NCBI GenBank assembly: GCA_964570935.1
Contig: CAZMZP010000073.1
Coordinates: 28,820-92,819, forward strand
Direction: 5' to 3'
DNA length: 64,000 bases
Source of the DNA: an uncultured bacterium
GTDB taxonomy: Bacteria > Eisenbacteria > RBG-16-71-46 > JAFGJU01
Notes under the pieces: generated by a model
Databases searched by the model: none
What the model saw: the letters and a program-made list of their open reading frames with translations, nothing else
What the model was told of the DNA's origin: nothing
In this document: positions 40,778-50,475 of the stretch, in pieces
Numbering within the stretch: the first letter of the stretch is position 1
How the letters are laid out: every line of letters begins with the position of its first letter
Program-made: the position numbers and the translations under genes

Positions 40778-41905
40778 TTGGCTCACGCGTACACGCCAGG
40801 AGTCACAGTAACTGCTGAGACAAGATTGATAAGGGAGAGGCGGCTCCCCCTGGCCGGGACAGTCCAGGCCAAGAAGGGAGACAGAGTCAAGGCCGAGGAC
40901 GTGGTGGCCCGGACGGAGCTGCCGGGAAACGTCCAGACGATAAACATCGCCAACATCCTGAGTCTGCTGCCCGAGGACGTGGAGAGCGCCCTCCTCAAGC
41001 CGGTGGGCTCGCCGCTCCAGCACGGCGAAGTGTTCGCCATGAGCCGGAGCTTCTTCGGACTGTTCAAGTCCAAGTGCAAGAGCCCGGTCAACGGAACGCT
41101 GGAAAGCGTGTCGAACATAACGGGCCAGGCCATAATGCGCGAGCCGCCCATTCCGGTGGAAGTCCACGCCTACGTGGACGGCGTGGTGGTGGAGGAGATG
41201 CCGCGGGAAGGCGTGAAGGTGGAGACCGAGTGCTCGTTCATCCAGGGAATCTTCGGAATCGGCGGCGAGACGTGGGGGGAGCTGAAGCTCCTGGTGAAAC
41301 GTTCCGACGAACCCCTGGATGAGAAGTCCCTGGACGCTTCGTGCAAGGACAAGCTGCTCATAGGCGGCTCCAGGGTGGACGTGAGCTTCCTCAACAGGGC
41401 AGCCTCGCTCGGGGTCAAGGGTGTGATCGTCGGCGGAATCGATGCCTCCGACCTTCGCGAGTTCCTCGGGTACGACCTGGGAGTGGCCATCACCGGCTCC
41501 GAGGAAAAGGGCATTTCTCTCATCATCACCGAGGGCTTCGGTGATATGAGAATGGCCGAAAAGACCTTCTCGCTGTTGCGCTCGCTGGAGGGAAGGAAGG
41601 CGTCCATGAGCGGCGTGACGCAGATCAGGGCCGGCGTGATGAGGCCCGAGGTCATAGTCGCCCAGGGCGACCGGAAGACTCAGGGCGTCGAAAAGGTCTT
41701 CTTCTCAACTTCGGGCATGGAAATCGGGAGCTCCATCAGGGTCATCAGAGAGCCCTACTTCGGAAGGCTGGGGAAGGTCGCCGACCTTCCGCCGGAGCTG
41801 AGGCAGCTGGAGACCGAGGCCAAGGTCAGAGTGCTCGAAGTCGAGTTTGAGAACGGTGAGAGGGCGGTGCTCCCGAGAGCCAACGTCGAGATGATCGAAG
41901 GTTGA
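40778..41905 (+). CDS. Hypothetical protein with barrel-sandwich-hybrid-like motifs and C-terminal KOW/SH3-like segment
   Basis: RBS GGAGG, TTG start; G.V.AKKGDRVKAEDVVA, KPVGS.L.HGEVFA...CKSPVNG.LE, AYVDG.V; GS.IRVIREPYFG.LG.V. Confidence 0.75.
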   Translation: MAHAYTPGVTVTAETRLIRERRLPLAGTVQAKKGDRVKAEDVVARTELPGNVQTINIANILSLLPEDVESALLKPVGSPLQHGEVFAMSRSFFGLFKSKCKSPVNGTLESVSNITGQAIMREPPIPVEVHAYVDGVVVEEMPREGVKVETECSFIQGIFGIGGETWGELKLLVKRSDEPLDEKSLDASCKDKLLIGGSRVDVSFLNRAASLGVKGVIVGGIDASDLREFLGYDLGVAITGSEEKGISLIITEGFGDMRMAEKTFSLLRSLEGRKASMSGVTQIRAGVMRPEVIVAQGDRKTQGVEKVFFSTSGMEIGSSIRVIREPYFGRLGKVADLPPELRQLETEAKVRVLEVEFENGERAVLPRANVEMIEG

Positions 41906-44900
41906 GATCAAAGGTTGACGCCGTGCCCCGTCTTCTACGTGCCCTGCTAGCAGTCGTTCTGGTGCAGGCGCTCGCCGGCGCCTGCGCGGCCGAGCCCGGT
42001 CCAGCGCCGACGCCCGGAGGCCGCGACCGTGCGAGCCCGCCTTCCGAAGCTCAGGTCAGATGCCGGGGCGAGTCCTTCGAGATCCTGAGCGACGGCCGGT
42101 GGACCCCGGTCTTCTTCAAAGGGTTCAACATCGGCGCGGCACCGCCCGGGAAATTCCCGGGCGAATTCGCCATCACCAAGGCCCAGTACTCCAAGTGGAT
42201 GGGCGAGCTGGCCGAGCTGGGCGCCAACGCAATCCGAGTCTACACGCTCCACCCCCCACAGTTCTACGAGGCCCTGGCAGAGCACAATTCCAGAAATGGC
42301 TCGCAGACCCTGTGGCTCTTCCAGGGAGCGTGGTGCGAGCTGCCCGACGACCTGGACTTCTACAACGACTCCTTTTCCGGGGAGTTCCGGTCTGAAATCC
42401 GCCGCGTGGTGGACGCAGTACACGGAGCGGCAGCGGTCCCGGAGCGCCGGGGGCATGCCTCGGGCACGTACGCCGCTGACGTGTCGCGCTGGGTGGCGGG
42501 CTACGTGGTGGCGCGTGAGCTGGAGCCGTTCGCCGTCATCCATACGAACGAGGCGCACCCCGGGATTTCCGCGTTCGGTGGCCACTATCTGACAGTCGCC
42601 AAGGGCAGCCCGACCGAGTGCTGGCTCGCCGGTATGTGCGATTTCCTGGTCGGCTACGAGCTCGAGAAGCACGGATGCGCTCACCCGGTGTCGTTCACGA
42701 ACTGGCCCACGCTGGACCCCATCTCGCATCCGACTGAGAGAGAGCGCGGCGAAACCAGGGCGTATCACGATGAGGACGCAGTCTCGCTCGACCCGGCCGT
42801 CGTAAGGCCCACTGAGAACTTCGACGCGGGCTTCTTCGCGACGTTCCACGCCTACCCGTACTACCCTGACTTCATGAACCTGGACCCGGGATACTGCGCG
42901 ACAACAGACGAGCACGGGCCGTGCAATTACGCCGGGTACCTGCGGGACCTGAAGTCCACCCTGAAGGGGATGCCTCTGTTGATTGGGGAGACCGGCGTGC
43001 CGACCAGCCGGGGAATCGCCCATTTCCAGCCGCAGGGCTTGAACCACGGCGGCGCCACCGAGGCCGAGCAGGGCGCGCAGAACTGCCGGATCGTCGAGGA
43101 CTGTTTCTCCAACGGCACGGCCGGCGTGCTCCTCTTCGAGCTCTTCGACGAATGGTTCAAGGACAACTGGCTGGTCGACGACTTCGAGCTTCCGGCCGAC
43201 AGAGACGTGCTGTGGCAGAACGTGCAGGACGCGGAAGAGTTCTTCGGCGTGCTGGCCGAAGAACCGCCCGCCTGGCCGGGCCCGGGCTTCGTAGACTGGA
43301 GCCGTGTGCCGCCCCTTTGTTCTGATACTCACGGTGACCCGCTCGATGCACCGGAAGACGTGCTGTCGTATTGCAGGCGTGACCTCAGCGAACTTCGCGC
43401 GGCGTCGGATTCCAGGTACCTGTATCTGCGGGTGCGCACCTGGGCCGTCGACTGTTCGCCCGAGTACCTTTGTGAACCGCCGTCCCGGCGTCCGTGTCCT
43501 TGCGGAGCGCGACTCCTGATAGGCCTCGACGTGCTCGACAGGGACAGGGGGGACACCAGGTTTCCGGTGGTTTCGGACTTCACGACGCAGGCCGGGATGG
43601 AATTCGTGATATACGTGCAGGACGCCGACTCGGCCGCGCTGTTGATCGACTCGGGATACAACTATTCCAGGTTCAGCAGAGTCCTGGACAGGGGAGAGTT
43701 CAAGCTTTGCCCGTGGCCGTTCAGGCCGTCCGTCAACTCTGACGGGAAGTTCGAGCACCTCATCGTGGAAACGAACCGAGAGCGAGTGGACGCGGCGGGA
43801 CGAGTGTATCCGGCTCTCCATCTGGATGCCGGGAAGCTCAAGTACCTCAAATCAAGTGGCGCGGCCGCGCCGGCCGATGGCGACTGGCGGGTGAGTGAGG
43901 GGGGAAGGTCGGTGGAGCTGAGGATACCGTGGGCTCTGCTCAACGTCACGGACCCGTCGTCGCGCTCCGTGCTGGACGATTCGGCAGGAACGCGCGAACT
44001 GGAGGTCACAAAGACGGACGGGATCGCGATCACAGTGCTGTCGCTCACGGGCGGCAAACGGCCGCGAGTGGCGGACGCGATGCCCAATCCGGTCCGGGAC
44101 GGGGAAGGATACGTCATCCCGAGAGGCGACATCCCGGTCTACACCTGGACGGGCTGGGAGGACGTGAAATACGTAGAGCGCAGGAAGGGCTCCTTCGGCG
44201 CAGTCTCCTCGTGTTTGTCGTCGCTGCCGGGCGCGCCGGGTCCGTCCATGGCCGGGGCCAAGACGCCCGCGTCCGGGGTCAGGGCGCGCATCGCGCTCTG
44301 GCCTGGTAACCGCCCGGCCGCGGCGTCGGTGAGCTTCGACGACGGCACGGCGAGCCAGGTAGAACACGCCCTCCCGATTCTGGAGAGCCTGGGGCTCAAA
44401 GCCACCTTCGGACTGTGCGGCGCGTGGACGGAGCCCGAACGCATGAAGCTGGAGCTGGCTCCGGGCTGCGTACGGGAGCAGCTGTCCGATGCGGACGCGA
44501 GAACTCTCCGCGGCCTTGGCCACGAGATTGCGAGTCACGGCTTCAGGCACATCTTCCTGGATACGCTGCGCGAGACGGCGCTGGCCGATGAGATGCGTCT
44601 GGCAAGGTCGTCCGTTGAGTCGGCGCTCGGACACGAGGCCGGCCGGGCGGGGATGTTTGCTGAGCCGGCCGAGGGCGGCGTGGCGATGTTCCACTACCCG
44701 TTTTCCCGGTGGAACGAGCGAGTGAAGGAGGAGGTCGCCGCGGCAGGATTCCTGGGCGCCAGGAGCATCGGCAGGATAAACTCCGCGTCGCCCGACAGGT
44801 ATCTTCTGGAAAGCGTTCCGGTGGTGTCCGACAGGGTGCCGGACATGAAGGCAGTCAAGGCGCTGCTGAGGGAGACGCGGGAGAAGAACGGATGGCTGAT

Positions 44901-45321
44901 CCTGAACTACCACAACGTGCTTCCCCGGGGTTCGTCGGAAGCCAAGTGCTACGCGCGCCTGGACCCTGAAGAACCGTACTCTGTCACGCCCGGTACCTTC
45001 CTTGCGCACATGAAGTTGCTGGAATCCAGCGGATTCTATGTCGCTCCCGAGGGTGATGTGTTAACGTACATACTCGCAAGAGACAACACAAGGCTGTCTG
45101 TCTGGGAAGACGGCGACGAAGTAGACATAAAGGTCCTTAGCGGAAGTGCCGACGTTGAATACGTAACAAAGTTGACGCTTGTCATCAAGCTGCCCTGGAA
45201 GAAGGTTGGGGTTCTGGTGAGTCCCGGCGGCGCGGGCTACGAGCTGCAAGCCGTGGTCGGCGGCGTCATTACGGTAGAAGCCGCCCCGGGGAGCCGGGTG
45301 AGCGTGCGTCGCATGGAGTGA
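41902..45321 (+). CDS. Exported glycoside-hydrolase-like (TIM-barrel) protein fused to a C-terminal polysaccharide deacetylase (CE4/NodB) domain
   Basis: Signal peptide; KGFNIG...GANAIRVYT, HAYPYYPDF, PLLIGETGVP, FE..DEWFK; C-term SFDDG, HEIASHG.RH, F.YP, LILNYH. Confidence 0.75.
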   Translation: MRSKVDAVPRLLRALLAVVLVQALAGACAAEPGPAPTPGGRDRASPPSEAQVRCRGESFEILSDGRWTPVFFKGFNIGAAPPGKFPGEFAITKAQYSKWMGELAELGANAIRVYTLHPPQFYEALAEHNSRNGSQTLWLFQGAWCELPDDLDFYNDSFSGEFRSEIRRVVDAVHGAAAVPERRGHASGTYAADVSRWVAGYVVARELEPFAVIHTNEAHPGISAFGGHYLTVAKGSPTECWLAGMCDFLVGYELEKHGCAHPVSFTNWPTLDPISHPTERERGETRAYHDEDAVSLDPAVVRPTENFDAGFFATFHAYPYYPDFMNLDPGYCATTDEHGPCNYAGYLRDLKSTLKGMPLLIGETGVPTSRGIAHFQPQGLNHGGATEAEQGAQNCRIVEDCFSNGTAGVLLFELFDEWFKDNWLVDDFELPADRDVLWQNVQDAEEFFGVLAEEPPAWPGPGFVDWSRVPPLCSDTHGDPLDAPEDVLSYCRRDLSELRAASDSRYLYLRVRTWAVDCSPEYLCEPPSRRPCPCGARLLIGLDVLDRDRGDTRFPVVSDFTTQAGMEFVIYVQDADSAALLIDSGYNYSRFSRVLDRGEFKLCPWPFRPSVNSDGKFEHLIVETNRERVDAAGRVYPALHLDAGKLKYLKSSGAAAPADGDWRVSEGGRSVELRIPWALLNVTDPSSRSVLDDSAGTRELEVTKTDGIAITVLSLTGGKRPRVADAMPNPVRDGEGYVIPRGDIPVYTWTGWEDVKYVERRKGSFGAVSSCLSSLPGAPGPSMAGAKTPASGVRARIALWPGNRPAAASVSFDDGTASQVEHALPILESLGLKATFGLCGAWTEPERMKLELAPGCVREQLSDADARTLRGLGHEIASHGFRHIFLDTLRETALADEMRLARSSVESALGHEAGRAGMFAEPAEGGVAMFHYPFSRWNERVKEEVAAAGFLGARSIGRINSASPDRYLLESVPVVSDRVPDMKAVKALLRETREKNGWLILNYHNVLPRGSSEAKCYARLDPEEPYSVTPGTFLAHMKLLESSGFYVAPEGDVLTYILARDNTRLSVWEDGDEVDIKVLSGSADVEYVTKLTLVIKLPWKKVGVLVSPGGAGYELQAVVGGVITVEAAPGSRVSVRRME

Positions 45322-46955
45322 AGATGAGACTCTCGAGGCAGTTGTTCGTGACTCTCGCGTTGCTCGCGATACCGCTGGGGTGTGCATGCGCGTTGTGCCA
45401 GAGCGCTCCGGCTTTCGGGCAGACCGTCCTGGGCGAGTCGAACGAGCCCCAGGCGCAGGAGCCGGAAGACCAGAGATTGAACGAGGCGCGCGCCCTGATA
45501 TACGACGGCCGATACGCCGAGGGCATGGCCATCCTTGATGGACTGCTGTCAGAGCGGCCGGACTCGAGAGAGGCGCTGTTCCTGCTGGGCACCGCGTACG
45601 AATGGCAGGACCAGCTGGACGAGGCCCAGAAGATATACAGAACGATAGTCTCAGTGAACGAGAACGACCTGGAAGCGTGGGAACAGGTAGCGAAGCTGGA
45701 CGCCTGGCAGGGCAGGCACGAGGAGGCCATCTCGCTATACGGGAAGCTCATTTCCAGGTTTGGCGACAGGCCTTCTCTGCTGGTGGGACTGGCCAGGTCC
45801 TTGAGCTGGGCGGACAGACTCGACGAGGCGCTTCTTTACTACGACAGGGTGCTGCTCCAGGAGCCGGAAAACCCGGATGCACTGGCGGGAAAGGCGCAGG
45901 TGCTGAGATGGACGGGGGATATGCGGGCCGCCAGGACCGTCATAAGCAAGGCTCAGAGCTCCAGCCCGTCGCACCCCGAGGTGAGGAGGGAGGCGGAGCA
46001 GATCCGGCTCGCCATGAGCCCCAAGGTCACGGTTTCGTACCTCGAGTCCCTGGAGAAGGACTACCTGCGCACAGGAGGCTCCTCCTCCTACAACCTGGGA
46101 AACAGGACCTGGAGGGCGGAAGCGGACTTCTTCCCCCAGCTGCTGGAATCGGTGAGCCTGGACATCTGGTCATCGCGCGACTGGGAGCTTGACAGGGCCC
46201 TTGGAACCGAGAACTTCCGTTTGTCCTCACTCGGGTTCTCCGCGGGCGTGGGCGTCCCGCTGGGCGACCTGGGCACCGCGGGCGGGAGCTTCAGCATCAG
46301 GGAATTCGAGAGATACAGGGAGAACGTGCTCTACCCGCTGTACAGCGAGGAATCGCGCGTTCAGGACTACGAACTGTGGCTTTCGGCTGGACGCGGACGG
46401 TGGAGCTTCGGCGCCAATCTGAGCACCTACCCGTACTTCCACAAGGAAGACAGGGTGACACCGCCAATCAGAAAGCTGGAGATAGGACAGCAGACCGTGG
46501 GAAGAGTCCAGGTCGGGAGGCACCTGACCAGGACGTCGTTCGCCGCGGTGGGTTGCGAGTTTGGTGACTACTCTGAAGAGAACGACCGCGTGAGAGTGTT
46601 CGGCAGCGTCGAGGGTTCGCCATCCGGCGCCGACTGGGTGTACCTGAAGTACGCCGCGTACTTCCAGGATTTCGATTCGACCTCGCGCGACTACTTCGCG
46701 CCGATGAACGAGTTCAACCACAAACTGCAGGCTCAGTTCAGCAAGTCGCGGGGCAGGAACTTCGTGAGCGCGGGCTTGACGCTCGGGCAGTCGCATTCCA
46801 GAAACTTCGGCGACATTTTCTCGGTGGCCCTGTCCGGGTTCGCGTCGCACACGCTCGCGCAGAGATGGAAGGTGTTCGCAGACGGGTTTCAGTCGTACGA
46901 CGACAACGACTATTCCGTCGGCTCCATACGGGTCGGGCTGGAGCTGACGCTCTGA
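45318..46955 (+). CDS. TPR + outer-membrane beta-barrel protein (PgaA/YaiO-like export subunit)
   Basis: Signal peptide; TPRs with the WQD/WQG/WAD/WTG pattern; C-terminal amphipathic beta strands, YFAP motif, ends IRVGLELTL. Confidence 0.7.
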   Translation: MKMRLSRQLFVTLALLAIPLGCACALCQSAPAFGQTVLGESNEPQAQEPEDQRLNEARALIYDGRYAEGMAILDGLLSERPDSREALFLLGTAYEWQDQLDEAQKIYRTIVSVNENDLEAWEQVAKLDAWQGRHEEAISLYGKLISRFGDRPSLLVGLARSLSWADRLDEALLYYDRVLLQEPENPDALAGKAQVLRWTGDMRAARTVISKAQSSSPSHPEVRREAEQIRLAMSPKVTVSYLESLEKDYLRTGGSSSYNLGNRTWRAEADFFPQLLESVSLDIWSSRDWELDRALGTENFRLSSLGFSAGVGVPLGDLGTAGGSFSIREFERYRENVLYPLYSEESRVQDYELWLSAGRGRWSFGANLSTYPYFHKEDRVTPPIRKLEIGQQTVGRVQVGRHLTRTSFAAVGCEFGDYSEENDRVRVFGSVEGSPSGADWVYLKYAAYFQDFDSTSRDYFAPMNEFNHKLQAQFSKSRGRNFVSAGLTLGQSHSRNFGDIFSVALSGFASHTLAQRWKVFADGFQSYDDNDYSVGSIRVGLELTL

Positions 46956-46966
46956 GGTAACTGGTA

Positions 46967-48055
46967 GTGATAATCCCTCTGTACATACTCTACTGGGTCT
47001 TCGTGATCCTCGTGTTCTTCGTGCTGGCGACGGTGCTGGCCGCCGGGCTGAACCGGATGGTGTCGAGTTCGCGCCAGGCCAGAGACCGGGCGCATCGGAC
47101 GAGGGCGCGCGAACTGCTGCTTTCGTTCTCGCGCGAAACGGGCGAGAGAAGGGGAGTGCTGCTGGGACAGATCCAGAGCTTCCTGAGTCCGGAGACGGCC
47201 GAACACGTGGCGCTGGCACTCCACAGGCTGGAGCCTCCGGGCAGACGGGACGTCGTGGCGTTGTTCGAGTCCGGCGGGATGGTGTCGCACTTCATCAGAT
47301 TGCTCAAGACCGGGTCCAAGTGGAACAGGGCGAAGGCGGCCAGGATCCTCGGCGAGCTCGACCTGCCTGTGGCCTCCGCGGCCCTGTACAAGGCGCTGGA
47401 CGACTCCGACCCGGACGTGCGGAACGTGGCCGCCAGGGCTTTGAGCCGCCTCAGGCATCCGATGGCCCAGTCAGTGCTGATCTCGGTCCTGGGCAAGCAT
47501 GAGGAACCAGTCTCTTCGCGCATCGCGGCGATGTTCATCGAGGCCGGCGCGGCCTCCGTTCCTTTGCTGATAAAGAACATGAGGAACGACAACTGGCGCG
47601 CCAGGTTCTGGTCGGCGGAGATACTCGGACAGGTTGGCGACCAGCGCGCGGAAAGGGCGCTGATCTCGGCCCTGGGTGACGCCAGCGCCGACGTCAGGTC
47701 GGCGGCCGCGAAAGCGCTGGGCAAGACGGGAACCGGCGCGTCGGTGGAACACCTCGTGCCGCTGCTTAGGGACGAAGAGTGGTTCGTACGCTGCCACGCC
47801 GCGTGGGCCCTCGGACGGCTCAAGGCGGTGGACGCCATCGGCGAGCTGGCGCACGGTCTGCGCGACAGGTCGTGGTGGATGCGCAAGAACACGCTGGAGG
47901 CGCTCGCGAACCTCGGCGACAGCGCCATCCCGGCTCTGATGCACGCGCTCGAGGGAGACGACAAATTCGCCAGGGAAAGCGCCCTGGAGGCGCTGCAGAA
48001 GCTGGGTGTGGAGGTCCGCGGGTCCGGCGGGGAAGGCAAGGTGGGCGAGAGATGA
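46967..48055 (+). CDS. Membrane-anchored HEAT-repeat protein
   Basis: N-terminal TM; repeated L.D.D.DVR..AA.AL / W.VR..AA.ALG units. Confidence 0.88.
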   Translation: MIIPLYILYWVFVILVFFVLATVLAAGLNRMVSSSRQARDRAHRTRARELLLSFSRETGERRGVLLGQIQSFLSPETAEHVALALHRLEPPGRRDVVALFESGGMVSHFIRLLKTGSKWNRAKAARILGELDLPVASAALYKALDDSDPDVRNVAARALSRLRHPMAQSVLISVLGKHEEPVSSRIAAMFIEAGAASVPLLIKNMRNDNWRARFWSAEILGQVGDQRAERALISALGDASADVRSAAAKALGKTGTGASVEHLVPLLRDEEWFVRCHAAWALGRLKAVDAIGELAHGLRDRSWWMRKNTLEALANLGDSAIPALMHALEGDDKFARESALEALQKLGVEVRGSGGEGKVGER

Positions 48056-49482
48056 CATACCTGCACCTCATGGCTCTGGAACACGCTCTCTTCATCGCGA
48101 GCATCGTGATACTCGTTTACTTCTCGGCGCTGCAGGTGCTGCTCCTGGTCTTGACTCTCCTGTCTTTCCTGGACATGAGGCGCAGACTGAGGCAGAACTA
48201 TTACACCGACTTCGAGTGCATGGCCAGGTCACACTTCACGATGCCGGTGTCGATAGTCATCCCGGCTCACAACGAGGCGGCGGTGATAGTGCCGTGCGTG
48301 GACTCGGTGCTTTCGCTGGATTACCCCGAGTTCGAGGTCATAGTCCTCAACGACGGCTCGACGGACGAGACTCTGGCGCTTCTGAAGAAGGCCTTCCAGC
48401 TCGTGGAGCGCCGCTTCGTGTACAGGAAGAGCATTCCCACCGGCGACATAACCGCCATATACAAGTCCGCTTCAAGACCCAACCTGACGGTGGTTGACAA
48501 GCGGCACTCGGGCAAGAGCGACAGCCTCAACATAGGCATCAACCTCGCCCGGTACCATCTGTTCTGCAGCATCGACGCCGACTCCCTGTTCCAGTCGAAC
48601 GCGCTTCTCAGGATAGTGAGACCCATTCTCGAGAGCCCGGACGAGGTCGTGGCGGTGGGAGGCCAGGTCCGGGTGGCCAACGGATGCGTCGTGGAGGATA
48701 ACCGCGTTGTGGAGCCGCGACTCCCGCGTAGACTCCTGGCCGCCTTCCAGGTGGTCGAGTACCTGAGAGCGTTCGTGGCCAGCAGGCTGGGCCTGAGCCG
48801 CATAAACAACCTGCTCATCCTCTCTGGCGTGTTCGCGCTGTTCAGGAAAGACATGGTCATACAGGCCGGCGGATACAAGTCCAACACCGTGACCGAAGAC
48901 ATGGAGCTCGTGGTCAGGCTTCACAGGTTCGTCAGAGAGATCAGCGAGAAGGGGCAGCGCTACCGCGTCGTGTTCCTGCCGGACCCCATCTGCTGGACTG
49001 AGGTGCCCGTTTCGCTCCGCAATTTGGCGCGCCAGAGGAACCGGTGGCACAGGGGCCTGATTCAGTCCATCTCACAGAACATCAAGATGCTGTTCAACCC
49101 CAGGTACGGAAGCGTAGGTTTCCTGGGAATGCCCTACTACTTCTTCTTCGAGATGCTGGGCCCGATAGTGGAGTTCGTGGGTTACCTGCTCATCCCGCTG
49201 GGTTACTTCCTGGGGATACTGTCGCTCACGTATTTCGTCACGTTCCTGCTCTTGGCCATCGTGGCCGGCACCCTGCTGTCCACGCTGGCAGTCCTGCTCG
49301 AGGAGGCCAGCTTCGGCCTGTACAAAGGTTGGGGCGACTTCGCCCGGATGATGTCGCTGGCGCTCTTCGAGAACTTCGGCTACCGTCAGCTCACCCTCCT
49401 CTTCAGACTGAAGGCGACGGTCGATTTCCTGTTCGGCAGGAAGGACTGGGCCAAGACGAAGAGAGAAAACGACACTCGTTGA
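48052..49482 (+). CDS. Processive GT2 polysaccharide synthase (PgaC/IcaA-like)
   Basis: IPAHNE, NDGSTD, GKSDSLN, SIDADS, Q.VEY, TEDME, RQRNRW; N- and C-terminal TMs; ATG 48052 overlaps HEAT stop (ATGA). Confidence 0.9.
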   Translation: MTYLHLMALEHALFIASIVILVYFSALQVLLLVLTLLSFLDMRRRLRQNYYTDFECMARSHFTMPVSIVIPAHNEAAVIVPCVDSVLSLDYPEFEVIVLNDGSTDETLALLKKAFQLVERRFVYRKSIPTGDITAIYKSASRPNLTVVDKRHSGKSDSLNIGINLARYHLFCSIDADSLFQSNALLRIVRPILESPDEVVAVGGQVRVANGCVVEDNRVVEPRLPRRLLAAFQVVEYLRAFVASRLGLSRINNLLILSGVFALFRKDMVIQAGGYKSNTVTEDMELVVRLHRFVREISEKGQRYRVVFLPDPICWTEVPVSLRNLARQRNRWHRGLIQSISQNIKMLFNPRYGSVGFLGMPYYFFFEMLGPIVEFVGYLLIPLGYFLGILSLTYFVTFLLLAIVAGTLLSTLAVLLEEASFGLYKGWGDFARMMSLALFENFGYRQLTLLFRLKATVDFLFGRKDWAKTKRENDTR

Positions 49483-49507
49483 CAACCGCGTCCGTGTCTG
49501 CTATCTT
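49479..49507 (+). promoter_or_regulatory. Putative sigma70 promoter for the membrane-protein operon
   Basis: TTGACA-N17-TATCTT with TGn extension; the -35 overlaps the GT2 stop codon. Confidence 0.6.
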
Positions 49508-49565
49508 TCCGCTCACGTAGCGAACGTGTCAGCCGGGCTGATTCACACTTGAGCTGGTAGAGATA

Positions 49566-50465
49566 GTGCGCAGCACCAAGCCGATTGTTCTCTTCGCCGT
49601 GTTTCTCCTGCTGTTCGCCTGCGGCCACGTCCTGACCGCCATGGCGCAGGAGTCCGCTCCGGCGCCCACGACCGCGGCCGAGGGGCCCGTCAGGTGGTTC
49701 GACCCTGCCAGGGCCAACATCGCCATCGTGGTCGCGGTGTTCTTCATCCTGGTCCTCATTTTCATCAGACAGGCGGGTAAGGGCGCGTCTTACTTCATAC
49801 GTAAGATCGCGGGGCTTGACGCCATCGAGGAAGCCATAGGCAGGGCCACCGAGATGGGGAAGCCCGTGCTCTACGTCCCCGGCATCGACGACGTCAACAA
49901 CATCCAGACGATTTACAGCATGGTCATACTGGGCAACGTGGCCAAGCTCGTGGCCAGGTACGAGACGTCTCTCATCGTGCCGGTCTGCAGGGCGTTCGTG
50001 GTCCCACTGGCCGAGGAGACGGTCAAACAGGGGTACCTCGACGCGGGACGCCCCGAGGCCTACAACCCGAACAACATCAGATACCTCTCCGACGAGCAGT
50101 TCGCCTTCACCGCGGGAGTGGACGGCATAATGCTCCGCGAGAAGCCCGCCGCGAACCTTTTCCTGGGCTCTTTCTTCGCGGAATCGCTGGTGCTGGCGGA
50201 GACCGGTTTCAGCACCGGGGCAATACAGATCGCCGGGACCGCGAACATACACCAGCTTCCGTTTTTCGTGGTGGCCTGCGACTACACGCTCATAGGCGAG
50301 GAGTTCTACGCGGCGACGGCGTACCTTTCCAAGGAAGCAAAGCTGGTCGGCACGCTGAAGGGCTCAGACTGGATGAAGATCTTGATCATCGGGGTCTTGG
50401 TGGTTGGGGCCGTGCTCGAGACGTTCGGGGTGACGGCCCTTACGAAATGGTTCATCGTGCAGTGA
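49566..50465 (+). CDS. DUF6754-like membrane-anchored protein
   Basis: Signal peptide, TM, then IRKIAGLDAIEEAIGRATEMGKPV...ESL.LAE.G...GAIQIAGT...QLPFF...CDYTLIGEE.YAA.AYL, C-terminal TM; family name from memory. Confidence 0.75.
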   Translation: MRSTKPIVLFAVFLLLFACGHVLTAMAQESAPAPTTAAEGPVRWFDPARANIAIVVAVFFILVLIFIRQAGKGASYFIRKIAGLDAIEEAIGRATEMGKPVLYVPGIDDVNNIQTIYSMVILGNVAKLVARYETSLIVPVCRAFVVPLAEETVKQGYLDAGRPEAYNPNNIRYLSDEQFAFTAGVDGIMLREKPAANLFLGSFFAESLVLAETGFSTGAIQIAGTANIHQLPFFVVACDYTLIGEEFYAATAYLSKEAKLVGTLKGSDWMKILIIGVLVVGAVLETFGVTALTKWFIVQ

Positions 50466-50475
50466 GAACCGTACA

